Of a DNA stretch of 58,196 bases, positions 57,137-58,196 are shown in pieces. A program made the position numbers and the translations under genes. The stretch lies in IMG/VR virus record IMGVR_UViG_3300027973_000066, positions 1-58,196 of that record. One strand, 5' to 3'. This stretch comes from a virus (Duplodnaviria > Caudoviricetes). How positions within the stretch are numbered: position 1 is the stretch's first letter; the number at the start of each line of letters is the position of its first letter. The notes beneath the pieces were generated by a model, which made no database searches, was not told where the DNA came from, and saw only the letters and a program-made list of their open reading frames with translations.

Positions 57137-57637
57137 CTATGCCGTATTGGTTTCGTCGGCGGGCTTCCAGTCACCCGTCCTGGCATTATACAGAAAAAAC
57201 GCGCCAGAAGGATTGCCAAACTGCCGTTCGTAAAGTCGCACTTTCGCGTCTGTTCGTGTATTTGACAAGACGCCAATCATTAGCGGCAAATTCAGCTTAT
57301 CCGCAACACTTTTTGCGAACTCGCACAGCCTCGCCGCCCTTCCACCCTTTGCACTTCTGTACTTCGGATGGACAAAAATCGCCCGCTCTTCAATGATTTC
57401 TTGGTCAGAGTACCACATGACAGCGGTGCGTAGCAAAATGGCGGCCTCAACCGTACCATCTTCACCGTCAATCAGGCCCATGATCCCCTTATCAAGGTTC
57501 AGCGCCGGCCAAATCTCTTGCAGAAGGCGTTCAGCCTTCGGCCTAACAAACCCGTTTTCATCCACAGCCATCAGGGCAAGGTCCATGATATCGTGAACGT
57601 CAGCAGGAGTACCTATCCGCACAGTTACCCCAGTCAT
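57137..57637 (-). CDS. GNAT-fold acetyltransferase-like protein
   Basis: VR..TP.D start, IFVHPKYR...A.RL motif A and ..LYER motif; precedes the ejection genes. Confidence 0.7.
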   Translation of the reverse strand: MTGVTVRIGTPADVHDIMDLALMAVDENGFVRPKAERLLQEIWPALNLDKGIMGLIDGEDGTVEAAILLRTAVMWYSDQEIIEERAIFVHPKYRSAKGGRAARLCEFAKSVADKLNLPLMIGVLSNTRTDAKVRLYERQFGNPSGAFFLYNARTGDWKPADETNTA

Positions 57638-57647
57638 CTCTCTCTCC

Positions 57648-58196
57648 TCAGTTGGTCTTAGGTCCAGGTAGACCCTTCAACGTCTTAATGGTCTTGGCCC
57701 GATACATTTTGACAAATTCATCCAATATCCGGTGCCCATCTTCCATAGACCCACCACCGATATTCTCTACCTCCGCAGGGGTCAATATGAACTCCCCGCC
57801 AGCAACAACAACAGGGACAGGCATTTCATCGCCGGCTGGGGCTGAACCACCTTCATTGGCGAAGATCATCTTCGCCACCCGAAACCCAGCAGCCGTATTA
57901 CCCTCGCCCATGGCCGAAATGATGTCAGCCGGGATGACGTAAGAACCAGACGCCACATGCACGGGAAGGTGGTCAGTGCGGCCAGCCACGGGGCTATCAA
58001 TGGCACCAGAGTGGATCTTACCGTCAGCCATGTTCTGCCGCTCATTAAGCCGAGGCATGCCGTCAGCCATCGTCTGCTTCTCGTCAGGAGGTGGCATCAT
58101 GCGCGGCATCATCTGAGAGCCACCCACGGCAGACTTGCGGGCAGTATCCAGCGCCGCCGCAATGGCCTGCTGCTGGGGGTGGCCAGCCTTCACCAT
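57648..58196 (-). CDS. 3' part of the junction-spanning protein, with two 'D..P....G[SE][YF][VI]' units
   Basis: GRTDHLPVHVASGSYVIPAD and VPVVVAGGEFILTPAEV; the true start lies at 58 across the junction. Confidence 0.75.
   Translation of the reverse strand: MVKAGHPQQQAIAAALDTARKSAVGGSQMMPRMMPPPDEKQTMADGMPRLNERQNMADGKIHSGAIDSPVAGRTDHLPVHVASGSYVIPADIISAMGEGNTAAGFRVAKMIFANEGGSAPAGDEMPVPVVVAGGEFILTPAEVENIGGGSMEDGHRILDEFVKMYRAKTIKTLKGLPGPKTN

Overview
The window looks like a complete, circularly permuted genome (about 58.2 kb) of a tailed dsDNA phage with a podovirus-type gene set. The first and last 4 nt (ccat) overlap, and one gene reads in frame across the junction. Almost all genes are on the minus strand: packaging (terS, terL, portal), head (scaffold-like protein, GroES, major capsid), tail and adsorption (adaptors, nozzle, collagen fibres, double beta-propeller, pectate-lyase-type spike, S74 fibre), large putative ejection proteins, a glycosyltransferase/methyltransferase pair, holin, GH108 endolysin, and a replication block (Cro-like HTH, PD-(D/E)XK nuclease, SSB-like protein, primase-helicase, repeat-rich putative origin). 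One plus-strand block of small genes lies at about 43.0-47.3 kb. I recognised no DNA polymerase, integrase, tRNA or CRISPR array. Most notable candidate system: a [FYMRK]-[AK]-x-G-G peptide tag repeated in at least five otherwise unrelated late proteins. It occurs together with two internal S74 autocleavage domains in a 1700-aa putative ejection polyprotein, and with a stand-alone protein carrying the domain that normally follows such a motif. Other highlights: a 1497-aa polyvalent protein with possible SAM-lyase-like and HhH-like domains; four promoter cassettes sharing a TnGCACnGTGCnA palindrome; twin hairpins with the same core upstream of the capsid operon; and an RBS-sequestering hairpin on a free-standing homing endonuclease. 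All family assignments come from motif recognition by eye, not from database searches.
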